Shown here in pieces: positions 16,110 through 33,486 of a stretch of 64,000 nt of DNA (its first letter is position 1; every line of letters starts with the position of its first letter). The DNA is from the human T2T-CHM13v2.0 reference genome, Homo sapiens. The DNA is taken from the NCBI RefSeq assembly GCF_009914755.1, contig NC_060939.1; one strand, 5' to 3'. Under the pieces are notes generated by a model. It searched no databases and had not been told where the DNA came from. It was given only the letters and a program-made list of their open reading frames with translations. Position numbers and translations under genes: made by a program.

Positions 16110-19005
16110 TTCTTTTTTTTTTTCCTGAGAAGTTCTAATTTGATTTCACTGTGGTCTGAGAGACGTTTTGTTGTGATTTCTGTTATTTTACATTTGCTGA
16201 GGAGTGTTTTGCTTCCAATTATGTGGTCAATTTTAGAATAATAAGTGCAGTGTGGTGCTGAGAAGAGTGTATATTCTGTTGATTTGGGGTGGAGAGTTCT
16301 GTAGATGACTGTTAAGTCCGCTTGGTCCAGAGCTGAGTTCAAGTCCTGGATATCCTTGTTAATTTTCTGTCTCGTTGATCTGTCTAATATTGACAGTGGG
16401 GTGTTAAAGTCTCCCATTATTATTGTATGGGAGTCTAAGTCTTTTTGTAGGTCTGTAAGAACTTGCTTTATGAATCTGGGTGCTCGTGTATTGGGTGTGT
16501 ATATATTTGGGATAGTTAGGTCTTCTTGTTGCATTGATCCCTTTACCATTATGTAATGGCCTTCTTTGTCTCTTTTGATCTTTGTTGGTTGAAAGTCTGT
16601 TTTATCAGAGACCAGGATTGCAACCGCACAACCCCTGCTTTTTTTTTTTTTTTTTTTTTTTTTTTTGGCTTTCCATTTGTTTGGTAGATCTTCCTCCATC
16701 CCTTTATTTTGAGCCTATGTGTATCTTTGCGCATGAAGTGGGTCTCCTGAATACAGCACACTGATGGGTCTTCACTCTTTATCCAATTTGTCAGTCTCTG
16801 TCTTTTAATTGGGGCACTTAGCTCATTTACATTTAAGGTTAATATTGTTATGTGTGAAATTGATCCTGTCATTATGATGCTACTGGTTATTTCACCCATT
16901 AATTGATGCAGTTTCTTCATAGCATCGATGGTCTTTACAATTTGGCATGTTTTTGCAGTGGCTGGTACCGGTTGTTGCTTACCATGTTTAGCGCTTCCTT
17001 CATGAGCTCTTGTAAGGCAGGCCTAGTGGTGACGAAATCTCTCAGCATTTGCTTGTCTGTAAAGGATTTTATTTCTCCTTCATTTATGAAACTTAGTTTG
17101 TCTGGATATGAAATTCTGGGTTGAAAATTCTTTTCTTTAAGAATGTTGAAATATTGGCCCCGACTCTCTTCTGGCTTGTAGGGTTTCTGCAGAGAGATCC
17201 ACTGTTAGTCTGATGGGCTCCCCTTTGTGGGTAATCCAACCTTTATTTCTGGCAGCCCTTAACATTTTTTCCTTCATTTCAACCTTGGTGAATCTGACAG
17301 TTATGTGTCTTGGAGTTGCTCATCTTGAGGAGTATCTTTGTGGTGTTCTCTGTATTTCCTGAATTTGAATGTTGACCTGCCTTGCTAGGTTGGGGAAGTT
17401 CTCCTGGATAATATCCTGAAGAGTGTTTTCTAACTTGGTTCCATTCTCCCCATCACTTTCAGGTACACCAATCAAATGTAGATTTGGTCTTTTAATGTAG
17501 TCCCATATTTCTTGGAGGCTTTGTTCATTTGTTTTCACTCTTTTTTCTCTAAGCTTGTCTTCTCGCATTATTTCATTAATTTGATCTTCAATCACTGATA
17601 TCCTTTCCTCTGCTTGATCGCATCAGCTATTGAAGCTTGTGTATGCTTCACGAAGTTGTCGTATTGTGGTTTTCAGCTCCATCAGGTCATTTAAGGTCTT
17701 CTCTACGCTGGATATTCTATTTAGCCATTCGTCTAACCTTTTTCCAAGGTTTTTTACTTCCTCGCAGTGGGTTAGAACATGCTTCTTTAGCTTGGAGAAC
17801 AGCTTTCTTATTACCGACCTCCTGAAGCCTACTTCTGTCAACTCATCAAACTCATTCTCCATCCAGTTTTGTTCCCTTGTTGATGAGGAGTTGTGTTCCT
17901 TTGGAGGAGAAGAGGCGTTCTGGCTTTTGGTATTTTCAGCCTTTCTGCTCTGGTTTCTCCCCAGCTTTGTGGTTTTATCTACCTTTGGTCTTTGATGTTG
18001 GTGACCTACGAATGGGATTTTGGTGTGGATGTCCTTTTTGTTGATGTTGATGCTATTCCTTTCTGTCTGTTAGTTTTCCTTCTAACAGACCGGCCCCTCA
18101 GCTGCACATCTGTTGGAGTTTGCTGGAGGTCCACTCCAGACCCTCTTTGCCTGGGTATCACCAGCGGAGGCTGCAGAACAGCAAATATTGCTGCCTGATC
18201 CTTCCTCTGGAAGCTTCGTCCCAGAGGGGCACCCACCTGTATGAGGTGTCTGTTGGCCTCTACTGGGAGGTGTCTCCCAGTCAGGCTACACGGGGGTCAG
18301 GGACCCACTTGAGGAGGCAGTCTCTCCATTATCAGAGCTCGAATGCCATGCTGGGAGAACCACTGTTCTCTTCAGGGCTGTCAGGCAGGGATATTTAAGT
18401 CTGGAGAAACTGTCTGCTGCCTTTTGTTCAGATACGCCCTGCCCTCAGAGGTGGAATCTAGAGAGGCAGTAGGCCTTGCTAGGCTGCGGTGGGCTCCGCC
18501 CAGTTTGAGCTTCCCTGCCACTTCGTTCACACAGTGAACATAAAACCACCTACTCAAGCCTCAGTAATGGTGGATGCCCCTCCCCCTGCCAAAGTTAGGC
18601 ATCCCAGGTCGATCTCAGACTGCTGCGCTAGCAGCAAGCAAGGCTCCGTGGGCCTGGGACCCACCAGGCCAGGCACGGGAGGGAATCTCCTGGTCTGCTG
18701 GTTGCGAAGACTGTGGGAAAAGCGCAGTATTTGGGCAGGAGTATACTGCTCCTCCAGGTACAGTCACTCATGGCTTCCCTTGGCTAGGAAAGGGTAATCC
18801 CCCAACCCCTTGCACTTCCCACGTGAGGCAATGCCCCACCCTGATTCAGCTCACCCTCCGTGGGCTGCACCCACTGTTCAACCAGTCCCAATTAGATGAA
18901 CCAGGTACCTCAGTTGGAAATGCAGAAATCACCCATCTTCTTCTTCGATCTCACTGGGAGCTGTAGACCAGAGCTGTTCCTATTTGGCCATCTTGGAAGC
19001 AACCC
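16110..19005 (-). mobile_element. LINE-1 (older L1PA, about L1PA7/8-like): 5'UTR, broken ORF1 and endonuclease part of ORF2; 3'-truncated
   Basis: ORF1-like peptides (17320-17862) and ORF2 EN peptides (MTGS..HITILTLNVN, IMGDFNTPLS, SKIDH); L1 5' end with YY1 site AAGATGGCC (18986-18994); ORF1 ATG mutated at 17962-17964. Confidence 0.95.
18567..18797 (+). CDS. Intact L1 ORF0-like antisense ORF, 76 aa (MVDAPPPAKVRHPRSISDCCASSKQGSVGLGP...EKRSIWAGV...); translation unproven
   Basis: Lies in the L1 5'UTR, antisense to L1; resembles L1HS ORF0 as recalled (MAGAPPP..ISDCCAS..SVGVGP..EKRNIRVGV); Kozak gtaATGG. Confidence 0.6.
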   Translation: MVDAPPPAKVRHPRSISDCCASSKQGSVGLGPTRPGTGGNLLVCWLRRLWEKRSIWAGVYCSSRYSHSWLPLARKG

Positions 19006-19029
19006 ACCTCGGCAATGTATTTTTTTTAA

Positions 19030-19680
19030 GTATTTTGTTTTTGTTTTGGATCAGCTTTATTGAGGCTTAATACACATGTAATAATAAAATTCACTAATTT
19101 TAAATATACAGTCTTTATTATGTATGTTAAAATGTATATATTTTGTCATTTTGACAAGTGTAAAAGTTATTTAACAGCCACCTTATTCATAATGTAGAAT
19201 CCACCTCAAAAAATGTCCATATTCCTCTTGGTAGTGAGTCCCTTTCCTCCATCCCGTGGTCCTTGGCAACCATTGATCTGCTTTCTGCTACCATAGTTTT
19301 GTGTTTTCTAGAAGTTCATGTAAATGGAATTGTAGAGTATGTATGTGATCTTTCATGACTGGCTTTTTTTACTTAGCATAATCTGCAACTTGATTTTAGA
19401 TACAACATAATGGGCCATTGTCTGAATGTACTATGATTTATTGAACCCATTTGCTATTATTAAATCCCAATATGTTGCTAATGTAAATAATTCTGTGATC
19501 ATCTCCCTTTACATAAATTTCTATGTACATCTCTAATTATATCCTTAGGGTGAATTTCCAAAGTTGGAATTGCTGATCAAGAGGTAATAAACATTAAGGC
19601 TCTGGATTCGTTTTGCCAATTTGCCCTTCAAAAAATTGTGTCATTTCTCCCATGTTTTATAATTATCACCACTGATGATA
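19030..19680 (-). mobile_element. Old L1M 3'-end fragments
   Basis: cagctttattgag...ggcaaccattgatctgctttctg...ggaattgctg pattern. Confidence 0.7.
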
Positions 19681-20236
19681 ATTTATCTCTAGAACAAAAA
19701 AATAGCCATTTTCTGGGATACTTCTCTCAATCTATATCTTAAGCTTTCCTTCTTTCTTTTCGCCAGGTAACCGCCAGAGTATATTTAAGAGCATAGGCTA
19801 AGCAAATTATACATTCATGTACTAGGGGGGCTTTTAAACTGTAATGTGTATATCAGTCATCTGGGAAACATGTTAAAATGCAGCTTCTAATTCAGTAAGA
19901 TGGGAGCAGAACCTGAGAGATTCTACTCCAGTGTTTTTAACAAGCTCCCAGTAATGCTGATGCTGCTGATTTGTGGATCACATTTTGTGTAGCAAGGTGC
20001 TAAAATATTATGTAGTTGTTGATCTTATATTTATGAAGAGTTTCTGGAGAAATCTTTATGCTATAATGTGCAATGAAAAATGCACTTAAGAGTGTATGTA
20101 GTATATTTCAACTGTATGACTGTATATGTGCATTGAAGAAAAATTTGAAAGGAATATACAGTCATGTTAACTGCACCTATTACAACTGTTTACAAGATTT
20201 ATAGGTGGTTTTCATTTCCATCTTTACGCTTTATAA

Positions 20237-20542
<306 letters not shown>

Positions 20543-22599
20543 TAGGTTCAGCCGAGATGTATAACTGTTCTGCTTCAGATGGGCAGACATTTCTGTTTAC
20601 AGTTGCTCTTCTGCTTGGAGAAGTTGTTTGTTATTTCTCCCAGTACTTCTTCTACTGTATCATCAGGGTCGTTTTTCCTGTAATTCTCACTTCTGTCTCA
20701 CTGTATCACCCAATATCTGTGGGCTGAGTGTTCTCCACCAATAGAGAGTAATTCTGTGAAGCAAAGCAGATAACAAACAGCCTCTGCCTGCTGCTCAGCA
20801 ATAGTGCTTTGTGTCTCTTTGCTCTGGTTGCTTCTGATCTCTCAACCATTAAATTTACCTGCCTGGACCTGCCCTCCTCCCTGCTCTTTATGTCTTTCCT
20901 ACTTCTCTGTATTCATTTTCTTGCCTGCTCTACTTTGGAGTATCTACCGTGCCCTGCTGGTTAATAGGATGCCTTGTTATCATCCCTTCTGCCTTTGCCA
21001 GATACCTTTACACCCATGTCAATAAGGTCTCAGGGCTTCTTTGTTGACCCCAGACCAGGAACACCAAGAACTTTTTGGGCTAACATACATCGGCATGCCT
21101 CTGTGTCCTTAAGGGCAAAAGAGCTCACCCAGTGCTGACTCAGTTTCATTTTTCAGGAAGTTTGTTGCAGTTTTGAAGAAACTTTGAAACTTCATTTGTT
21201 CAACATGTATTTATTGCATACCTCCTCTGTTCCAACCAGCTGTGTCCTAGGCCCTGGGTTATCAAATAATAGAAGCTTCTTATCTTTAAGAGGTTTTACC
21301 ATCAAGCTTGAGTTTCTCCATATACTTATATATTGTCTTAAAATATCCTAAGCCTTTTTGCAAGGAATTCATAGATGTGGCCCTAGGTTCCAGATCTGAC
21401 CACTAGTCTCTCTCAGAGCAATTCTTTCGATTTTGTGTGAAGACGGTTCAAAAAAGAATAGGGTGGGCAGATGCTTGAAAACTACAGCCATGGAGCCTCA
21501 GCATAGATTACAGAATGAGTACTCTTTCTTAGGAAAACCAGAGTTAGAGAACTTGAACAAACTTTCAGAAATATATACAGTAGTAGTTAATTCATCCACT
21601 TCCCTCCAATATATTTAATGAATAAGAATGAGGGATAGATCATTTTGTGTATAATCAACCTAATGTTAAAAATGGATACTTGCTCCTCTTCTCCCAAGGT
21701 CCTTGAAATATCTGTGGAGTATAAATGTTAATGAAACCTAATCTTCAAGTAATTATAGACTCCCTTGTGATATCCATAAGGAGGCAGATTGTTACCCACT
21801 CGCCTGTGGCAGAAGCAGTGGTTCCTTGAACTACTGATACCTCCTGTCACTTTACCAATGGTTTTTTTTCTTGAATTGTGTCTGACACCCTTTGTCTCGC
21901 TCTGAAGGCAGCAAGGCACCTATGTTCAGTGGTTCAAGTACACTCATCCTCCTCTTCTTCAGCCCAGGATATCTTCTATCCTGACTTCACCCAGCCATTT
22001 ATTGTTAAAGCCACTGCCTCCATCTCAGCTGTAAAAGTCTTACTGTCTGGTCAACAGGAGTACCAGAATTTATTCTAGTACACAGCACCTTTTCCTCCCA
22101 TAGTGCATTAGAATCAGAATGCAGTCATTTGTGTTTTTAAAAACTTTTTTTTTAAGCACAGAGATACCTACTTCAGATCTAAGCCATTAAAATGAGAAAT
22201 ACTTCTGTGATGGAAAAACACAAACATAAATAAATAAAACATAAATTCTACCATGCCTAGATGGACCTTATTCATTTGTAACATTGGAATTTCCAGTGGT
22301 TCCATGCGGGCACCTAGAACAGAAAATATGAGTCTGAGAGAAGATCTGTCATCTAGGCTTTCTTACTACTGACTTTCTGGTCTGTTATGGGTACTGACTG
22401 TTTCATACAGTTCTGTAAAGCTCTGTCTAAGGACTCTTTGACTGATGAGAGTTTGAACAGATTTCAAATACACTGAACTGTAACTTCGTTAGGGATTGCT
22501 TTGATATTCAGAAAAGCCTACTTCTCCCCGGCCTTCAGACTGGGCTTGAAGCCTTATCTTAGGACTTTACATAAAAGCCCAGGGATCTTTGTAAGGTAG

Positions 22600-22601
<2 letters not shown>

Positions 22602-22640
<39 letters not shown>

Positions 22641-22663
22641 TGTACGTATGTAGAGATGGTCTC

Positions 22664-22699
<36 letters not shown>

Positions 22700-22788
22700 T
22701 ATGTAGAGATGGTCTCACTGTGTTGCCCAGGCTGGTCTTGAAATCCTGGCCTCAAGCGTCTATAGGCCTGAGCCACCATGCCTGGGCT
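22602..22788 (-). repeat. (TG)n microsatellites with a duplicated Alu-monomer end
   Basis: Two TG tracts, each followed by TACGTATGTAGAGATGGTCTCAC, then an antisense Alu left arm. Confidence 0.9.
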
Positions 22789-24113
22789 CAGACTCCTTGA
22801 AGGACACTCTTATGGCTGTCAGATAGGGTTTAGAACCCTTCATACAGGCCACAATACCTGTGCCTTGTCTTTGGCAACACCTTCAGAGTTTTGTATAGCC
22901 ACTGTCTTTTCCTCGATTTACCTACAGTTTTGAGTTATTTTGGTGACTTGATCACTTTTGAGAGCCTCTTCATCCTGTACAGAGACCCTCCTTAGCAGTC
23001 CCTGATCCAACACTTTCTATAAAAACAGCTTTTGTTTACATGACCTATTTGGGCATCCTCTGCACTCTGGCTCCCCTTCTGATTTGGGATGATGCTGCAA
23101 GACTGTATCTGATTGTGACCCAACCTGTCACAATCACTGGATGCTTATTTTTACCAGGAGGCAAGCAGACCCAGGTCTAGCAGTTCATCCCAGAGAAGAG
23201 TGGCTTCTCTTCTAAGCCTCAGATTTTGCCAGAGCATTTTTTGTGCCTTGTTGCCCCACCTGTCAAACCCTAAGTCCCCACTGCCAGTTTAAGCTTTTCC
23301 ATTATCATGACTACAACGTTATTTGTACCTTTGCCATTTTTATTCCCCAGCAGATAAAACAAATGACCTTCAAGTTTGTACTCTCAGCGTTACTCAAGAC
23401 TCAGTGGTTAAACATTTCCTCCTCTCAAGCTCTTTCACAGGTCAGCTTAGTCAGGTCACTGTTCTTTTGATAATTTAGTGATGAGAGAACTATTAGATTT
23501 TCAGTTTCCTGTTCTACAAGTGAGTTTGAACATAAATGGTGTTGGACAGTGGTTTTGAAATCTGGCTGGTCCCAGAATCACCTGAAGCTTTTCTTTCCTC
23601 AAACATTTCCAAACCTTACCCCAGGAGATTCTGGTGCAATGAGATGGTTAAATGTGGTAGACTTAGCATATGCAGTGATAATACTGCAATCTTTCCTACA
23701 TCCCCACTAAAATAAATAAAAATGATATTCATTTTAACCCACAAGGACAGATGAGAGAGGAGACCATAGCAGATGAAATAGCGAAAGCTGCATGTAGGAT
23801 AGAAAGTCGATGGAATAGTGGTACTTATTTGTTTCTAAGTACTGAAGAATACATGTTTCAAGAGTGGTAAGATCTAATCTTGTGCTGAATACAGTGATTT
23901 CTTAAATGCCCCGAAGTTAAAATACATAATCATGAAATTTCAGAGCATTCGGGTAAAAAAAATATTCTAAAGCTTCTGGAGATAAAATATAAATAGCTTA
24001 TAGATAAAGAAACAAGAATCAAAATATCATCAGCGTTCTGGACAGTAGTACTGGATTCCAGGAGATAGTGGAGCAGCACCTTCAAATTTCTGAGGAAAAT
24101 AATTTCAACCTAG

Positions 24114-24437
<324 letters not shown>

Positions 24438-24511
24438 AGTTTCAACCTAGAATTCTATACCTTGCCAGACAATTAATCAAAAGATGGATATAGAATGAAG
24501 ATATTCCACAT

Positions 24512-25287
<776 letters not shown>

Positions 25288-25901
25288 GATATATCAGATA
25301 TGCAAATCCTTTAAAAATTTACCTTCCATATACATCCTTTTAAAAAATAGAGACAGGGTTTCACTGTATTGCCCAGGGTGGTCTCAAACTCCTAGCACAA
25401 ACGATCCTCCCACCTCAGCCTCCCAGGTAGCTGGAACTGCAGGCATTAGCCACCACACCTGGCTCGTGTATATTTTTTCAGAAAGCATCTGGAACATATG
25501 CTTTAACCAAATAAGTGCATAATCAACAAAGACAAATGTTATAGAATCCAGGAAACAAAGGATTTAACATAGAAAAACAGCAAAAATAAATCCCATGACA
25601 AGAGCTACTGGGCCTAGAGAGCAACTAGTCCATTGAAAATTGAATACTATTAGCTGCAGAAGAAAGGTTTCCAAGGAAAGAAAATGGAATTAATTGATGA
25701 TGTGTTCAAGATTTTAGGAAAATATATTGATAGGCATTTGTTAGATCTCTTGGAGCATTCAGTGGTGGGGTTAGGGAGACGGAATTTGCATTACTAACAA
25801 ATGAAAAAACAAGTAGCTATTAACTATAGGAAAAATAAACAGTTATATGAGCAAGGGAGCAATCACTGTAAAAAAAAAATTTTTTTTCTTTTCCAAGTTG
25901 A

Positions 25902-26538
<637 letters not shown>

Positions 26539-27199
26539 ACTGTAAAATTCTTACCTCAGCAGCTATCTCCATATAGTCATAATAACATAAATATTTTCCT
26601 AGTCATAATAATGTAAGAAGTGACTAGTGAGTTAGCCAAAAATTTTGCTATAAACATGTTGCAAAGTTGATGTTATAAGAGAGTCAAGTCCTCAACTACA
26701 TAAGAAGTCAATAGATAGAATTCCCCTAATTGAAATATGGGAAGACATACTTCTCATGCCCTGCAGGTAATGAGAAGTACCAGATCTTTCTGGCTACTTA
26801 GCACACATTTGCCGTGGTCTGTGTCACACACCAAGAGGTATGAAAGAGTAGCCTTAGTCTTTTTTGAATCAAAGTTGTGTATTTATTTCACATTTCCTAG
26901 AGTCTGCCATAGTATTGTTCTTCCTGCCAGAAGTGTTCTTTGTCTGAATATAGGAACCTGAAAGATCTTGCCTAATTTACTGAGTTTTTGGTGCTGATCC
27001 TTCCAAGCATTTCTCATCATGTCTCCTAGATCCTGGTGTGATAGAGTCATAGTTGGCTAAGAGCAATTTTCCATTATAAAGAGAAATGTGAGCCTTTTTT
27101 CAGTTGGAAAATTTTCACATCTCACATTCTCCTCTTTAAGTTTTACATGCTAATCCATGCCATCTTCTCAGTCTCTCGGGTCATTATATGAGACTTTAA

Positions 27200-27567
<368 letters not shown>

Positions 27568-28777
27568 TAGAGGTGCACAACTACTTATTAAGAAAGCAGC
27601 TCTTAATATTTTTTGCATAATGATGAACATACTATTTTTTCCTGCTAGTTACCCTAATAAATTAACTAAGAGTGTATCTTTCTTCCTTCATTCATCCTCC
27701 TTATAGTTGTATAGGCTCTATGTCTTTCTAAATACAGGGGCTTAGAAAATTAGAACTCTAAAATGAAATTTTATTAGTATGCATCACTGATAGTCAGGAG
27801 TCAGCTAAGTTTACCATAATGAAGATTTTTGTTTACTTTTTAAAAACTTGGATGTGAACTGTAAATGTGTATTGAAATTTATACATCCAGATACACTTTT
27901 ACCTACTTTAAAGGGGAATCCGGCACAGTGGCACTTGCTGGTAGTCCCAGCTTTTTGACAGGCTGAGGTGGGAGGATCCTTTCAGCCCAGGAGTTCAAGG
28001 CAAGTCTGGGCAACGTAGTGAGACCCCATCTCTGAAAAAATGGTTGGGGGTGGGGTGGGGACATGGAAAAAGGGGAGCTGTACTAATGGTATATCGGCTA
28101 TGCCCTCATTTCAAGAAAATCTGACATAAAATATTACAACTTCTAAAAAATACTATTTTCATTCTAGACTAATTACAAATGATCCCTTTATATTATATTC
28201 ATTAGGGCATTTTTAATCCATTTATAAAAATATGTGGAACAACTGTTAACCTATACTATATGTTATAATCAAATGAAAAGCTATATCAGAAGCTATGGAT
28301 ATCTTGGGCTTAAAACTCATTTTTTAAAAAATCCAACAGGAATAGTAAGTAGTGTGTAAGTAGATTTTGATCCAGTGGGTTTTTGATCTGATGGATATTC
28401 TTTCCCTTTATTTCTCACAGTAGCACCCTATTCTTTTTTTTTTTTTTTTTTGAGACAGGGTCTTGCTCTGTCATCCAGGCTAGAGTGCAGTGGCACGATC
28501 ACTGCAGCCTTGACAACTCTTGGGCTCAAGCGATCCTTGTACCTCTCAGCTTATTCTTTAACCTCTTTTGAAAATGCCCGTGTCACAGATCCCACGCAGT
28601 CTTGTTTGCTATCTTTTATAAGAAGCAGCAGAGGTTTTTACCACCCTTTTAATAACACCTCCAGCAATAGAAAGACCAACTCATTCATCTTGTTTCACAT
28701 ACATATCAAAGTAGAAAAGTAAGATGTGCTCCACCTATCTATCCTTCTCCCTCAAATTGGCACATTTCCTATAGAAG

Positions 28778-29315
28778 AGGGGTCCCCAACCCCTGGGCCA
28801 CGGACCAGTACCAGTGGCCTGTTACGAACGAACGGGCTGGCTGCACCGCAGGAGGTGAGCAGAGAGCAATCCAGCAAAGCTTCATCTGTATTTACCGACA
28901 CTCCCCATCATTTGCATCTCCACATCCTGTCAGATCAGCGGCAGCATTAGATTCTCATAGGAGCATGAACCCTATTGTGAACTACATATGCAAGGGATCT
29001 GGGATCTAGGTTGCCTGCTCCTTATGAGAATCTAATGCCTGATGTGTCATTCTGTCCCATCACCCCCAGATGGGACCATCTAGTTTCATGAAAACAGGCT
29101 CAGGGCTCCCACTGACTTAATGGTGAGTTGTATAATTATTTCATTTTATAGTACAATGTAATAATAATAGAAATACAGTGCACAATAAATGTAATGTGCT
29201 GAAATCATCCTGAAACCATCCCTGCCCCCTTCCCCCCAGCCCCCCGCACCCAGTTCATGGAAAAATTGTCTTCCACGAAACCAGTCCCTGGTGCCAAAAA
29301 GGTTGGGGACCACTG
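28778..29315 (+). mobile_element. MER1A-like hAT-Charlie element
   Basis: Termini aggggtccccaacc / ggttggggaccactg; internal gcattagattctcataggagc. Confidence 0.85.
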
Positions 29316-29752
29316 CTTTAGAGGAATAGCTGAGGATATCTCTTACTTTATCCTTTTCTGAACTGGTAACATTTTAGATAAAGCACAGGTGTCTCTCTCT
29401 AAGTACAAGATGTCAGCATTCATGTCAATTCAGTGTACCATGTCTTAGTAGGACATTGAAGAGACTTGGTAGCCTAATAACAACAGCATTTGCCAAAATG
29501 TTTGAGTGAAGAGTAGCATTTTGATTTAAATCAAATCAAACCCTAGAAAACTAAATCATAAGCAAAAAATGAAGAAAACACAAGATGGTCACTTAGAAGT
29601 ATAAATCTGGAGGCTCAGTTCAATGCTGAGGTTTTATGTGAGCACATTGTTTCTTCTATGTGATGGTACTTAGTATGGGAATGAAGTTACACAAAACAAC
29701 AGCAATTTGTTCAGCTTGAGACCTAATTCATAACTTAAAACCATAGTGATAA

Positions 29753-29917
<165 letters not shown>

Positions 29918-30491
29918 ACATCAGCCAGGTAAGTACGGGTTTGAAAAGAAACAGCAAGGAAATAACCTTAAGATTCATCTTAAACTGGGTTAGAATCTTT
30001 GAACAGAATTCTCTAGTGAGCAGTGGCCATTGTAAAGGTCACATGTAATTTGAAATATAACAGTTTGTCTTTCTGTTACATTATCAGACTTAGAGAGCCA
30101 GTGTCATTTTATAGCAAATTGCCATTTTCTTCAAAGTGTGGCAGTATCTTGTGACTTTGGTTCTTCTGTTCGGAGTCATCATGTGTACTCTCTTACATGA
30201 GTATCTTCCTGATCCAAGAAGAAATAGTACAATGACTCAACCATCAGAAAACGCTCTTGTTACCACTCATGTTCTTCATTTCTTTATTCAGAAATGCTGA
30301 CTATATCATCAACCAGTTTTCTGCCAATTATCTAGCTTTTTGTCATGAAGCCTTTATACATGAAAAAGTTATCACTTGTATTTGGATCAATAATGCAAGT
30401 TTATGATATGATGCTTCTTCCCCACTTGCAAGCACATCAGTTAACACCCTCTAGAATCTATTAATGAATGGGAAGTTATTATATATGTTAG

Positions 30492-30895
<404 letters not shown>

Positions 30896-31150
30896 GTAAC
30901 TTCATTTTTATAATCTGCTTTCAGCAGTATGTAGTTTTTTTCCCAATTTTATCAACAGATTAAAGGTAGTAAGTAAAGGCAGATGAGTGCGGGGTGTGGA
31001 ACAGAAAAAAATATCAAGTGCAGTTTCATTTGGTCAGTTTTGTGGCTATCTCATTTTGAACTGAAAGTCTGGAATTTGATAGATTGTTTGATAGATAAAC
31101 TACAAATATTAGTAACTCACCTTTTCCTGAGGGTTTTAGTTCCTACCGCC

Positions 31151-31222
31151 ACTACATATATAGGGTCAAATGAGACTACATATAGGGTCAAATGAGACTA
31201 CATATAGGGTCAAACCAGACCA
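31151..31222. repeat. 22-bp tandem repeat, about 3 copies (ACTACATATAGGGTCAAATGAG)
   Basis: GGGTCA at 31163, 31185 and 31207. Confidence 0.92.
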
Positions 31223-31501
31223 CAAAGAAGATTTCATTTAGGGTAAAAGAAAAGAAGAGTTAAGGCAGTTATTTCGTAAGTCAGTTATAACTGTAACATT
31301 AGCACACTGGAGAAAACCTCAAACTACCTCCCCCACAAAAAGTATCCAGCAATCTAACAGATTGTACATGTCAGGGACTTTAGGCAAGAGCTAGTTTACA
31401 GATCCTCTAAAACCTAGATCATTGTTTCATACTCTGTAGAAAATATAGACTACTATGAAACAGTAAGTATTTTTGCTTCAAAAATAAACTTTGAAGTTTT
31501 T

Positions 31502-31839
<338 letters not shown>

Positions 31840-33111
31840 AAAAAATTAACTTTGAAGTTTTAAAATAAAACCATGCCACTATTTCTCAGTGCAAAAGAGA
31901 CTTTCTAAACTGATAGATTATTTCAAAGAAGAGTGATGGGAGAGGTAACTTATGCTCAGGTCCCAGATAACCACCAAGCTGTGAAAAAGAGCACTAGGCA
32001 TTCTGCCCTAACACTTCTCTTGGAGCCTGTGTCTTATTTTTCTTGTCTCGCTCTAGTTAGTTCTACCCATTTCCTCTTGTTTTCTTCTCAGTCTCTCTTA
32101 CTCGTTCAACTTTGTCTTCTTATTCTCATCTCGTTTCCTTCTGTTTACTTCCTGTGCTTTTACTACTTCTCTATTTCATACTGCTCTCATAGCTCTACCT
32201 TTATCTCTTTATAATGTGGAAATTTTCCCACTTAGGTTAAAATTAAACTTTGGGCATTCCCACCTATCAAAAAAGGATCAAGAATTCTTTTAAGTTTAAA
32301 AAGGCATCAAGATATGAGACATGTAGTGAATGCACTTTGTTCCATAGATTGTATAGGCTAGTGTTTGTCATCTTAGAATATGTGTTAAGGTTGCTAATTT
32401 CATAAAGATAGTTATCTGGTTTCATAAATTGGATAGCAGATTAAAAGTAGCAAGAGACAGGGCAGCAGGAACAATGCTACTAGAATCAAAATGGCTAAGA
32501 CATGACCACAGAATGACTGGTTATAAACGTACAAAAATTTGCCATCCTGTAATGTAGGCCAAGTAGCTTTGAATATCTTAGTTTTCCGTCCCTAAGAGCA
32601 TTGCTGTGTACCTAAACAATACTGTGGTTATTGTTTAATAAGGAAGTAAAAGTTATGATTCTATCTAAAACTATTTTATTAAAAATTTAAAGTAGAAAAT
32701 TTCAGAGTTACTGCTATATATATTATATTGGGAACATAAGTATGTATAGAATTTGTACTAATAGAGTAAAATATTCTTAATAAATAGCAAACATTTGTTG
32801 AGGACCTACTGTGGACCAGGAACTGGGACCAATATGAAAATGAATGCAAGGTAGCCTCTGACCTCAGGTGCTCTCAGTTTAGATGAAATAAATGTAAACT
32901 ATTAACACTGTGGTTGAGTGGAGGCAGCAGCAAATTGAGGGCTTTACCATTGTCTCACTACTGAGGAATGAATGAGTAGCACCTCAGAGCTCAGTTATTG
33001 CCAACTTGAGTGTTATTAAAATGAAGGTTTGCATCATTGCGGCAGCTGTTTTATACGCCTATAGTTTGTGATTCTGTAATCGCATGATCTCCTTTAAAAA
33101 TCTTACCATAT

Positions 33112-33278
<167 letters not shown>

Positions 33279-33486
33279 TTACCATACACATCAAGTAAAA
33301 CCATTTCAGTATACCTTAAAAGGAAAAAGTTCATTAAGTCACTTAGCAGACTACAAATTTAGTGCAGACCTGGATATAGATGAGGAATACCAGCATTTTT
33401 TTGTTGGTGGGAGGGGGAAGGTGTTTTATTTTTAACAATTATGTACTAACTGGTATTGTCCTCTCCCTTGGCTGTCCCTGCCACAG

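Noticed and set aside
16106-17964. L1 ORF1/ORF2 as functional coding regions
   Set aside because: ORF1 start is mutated with frameshifts and stops; ORF2 is frameshifted near the T-run at about 16639-16666 and truncated before RT.
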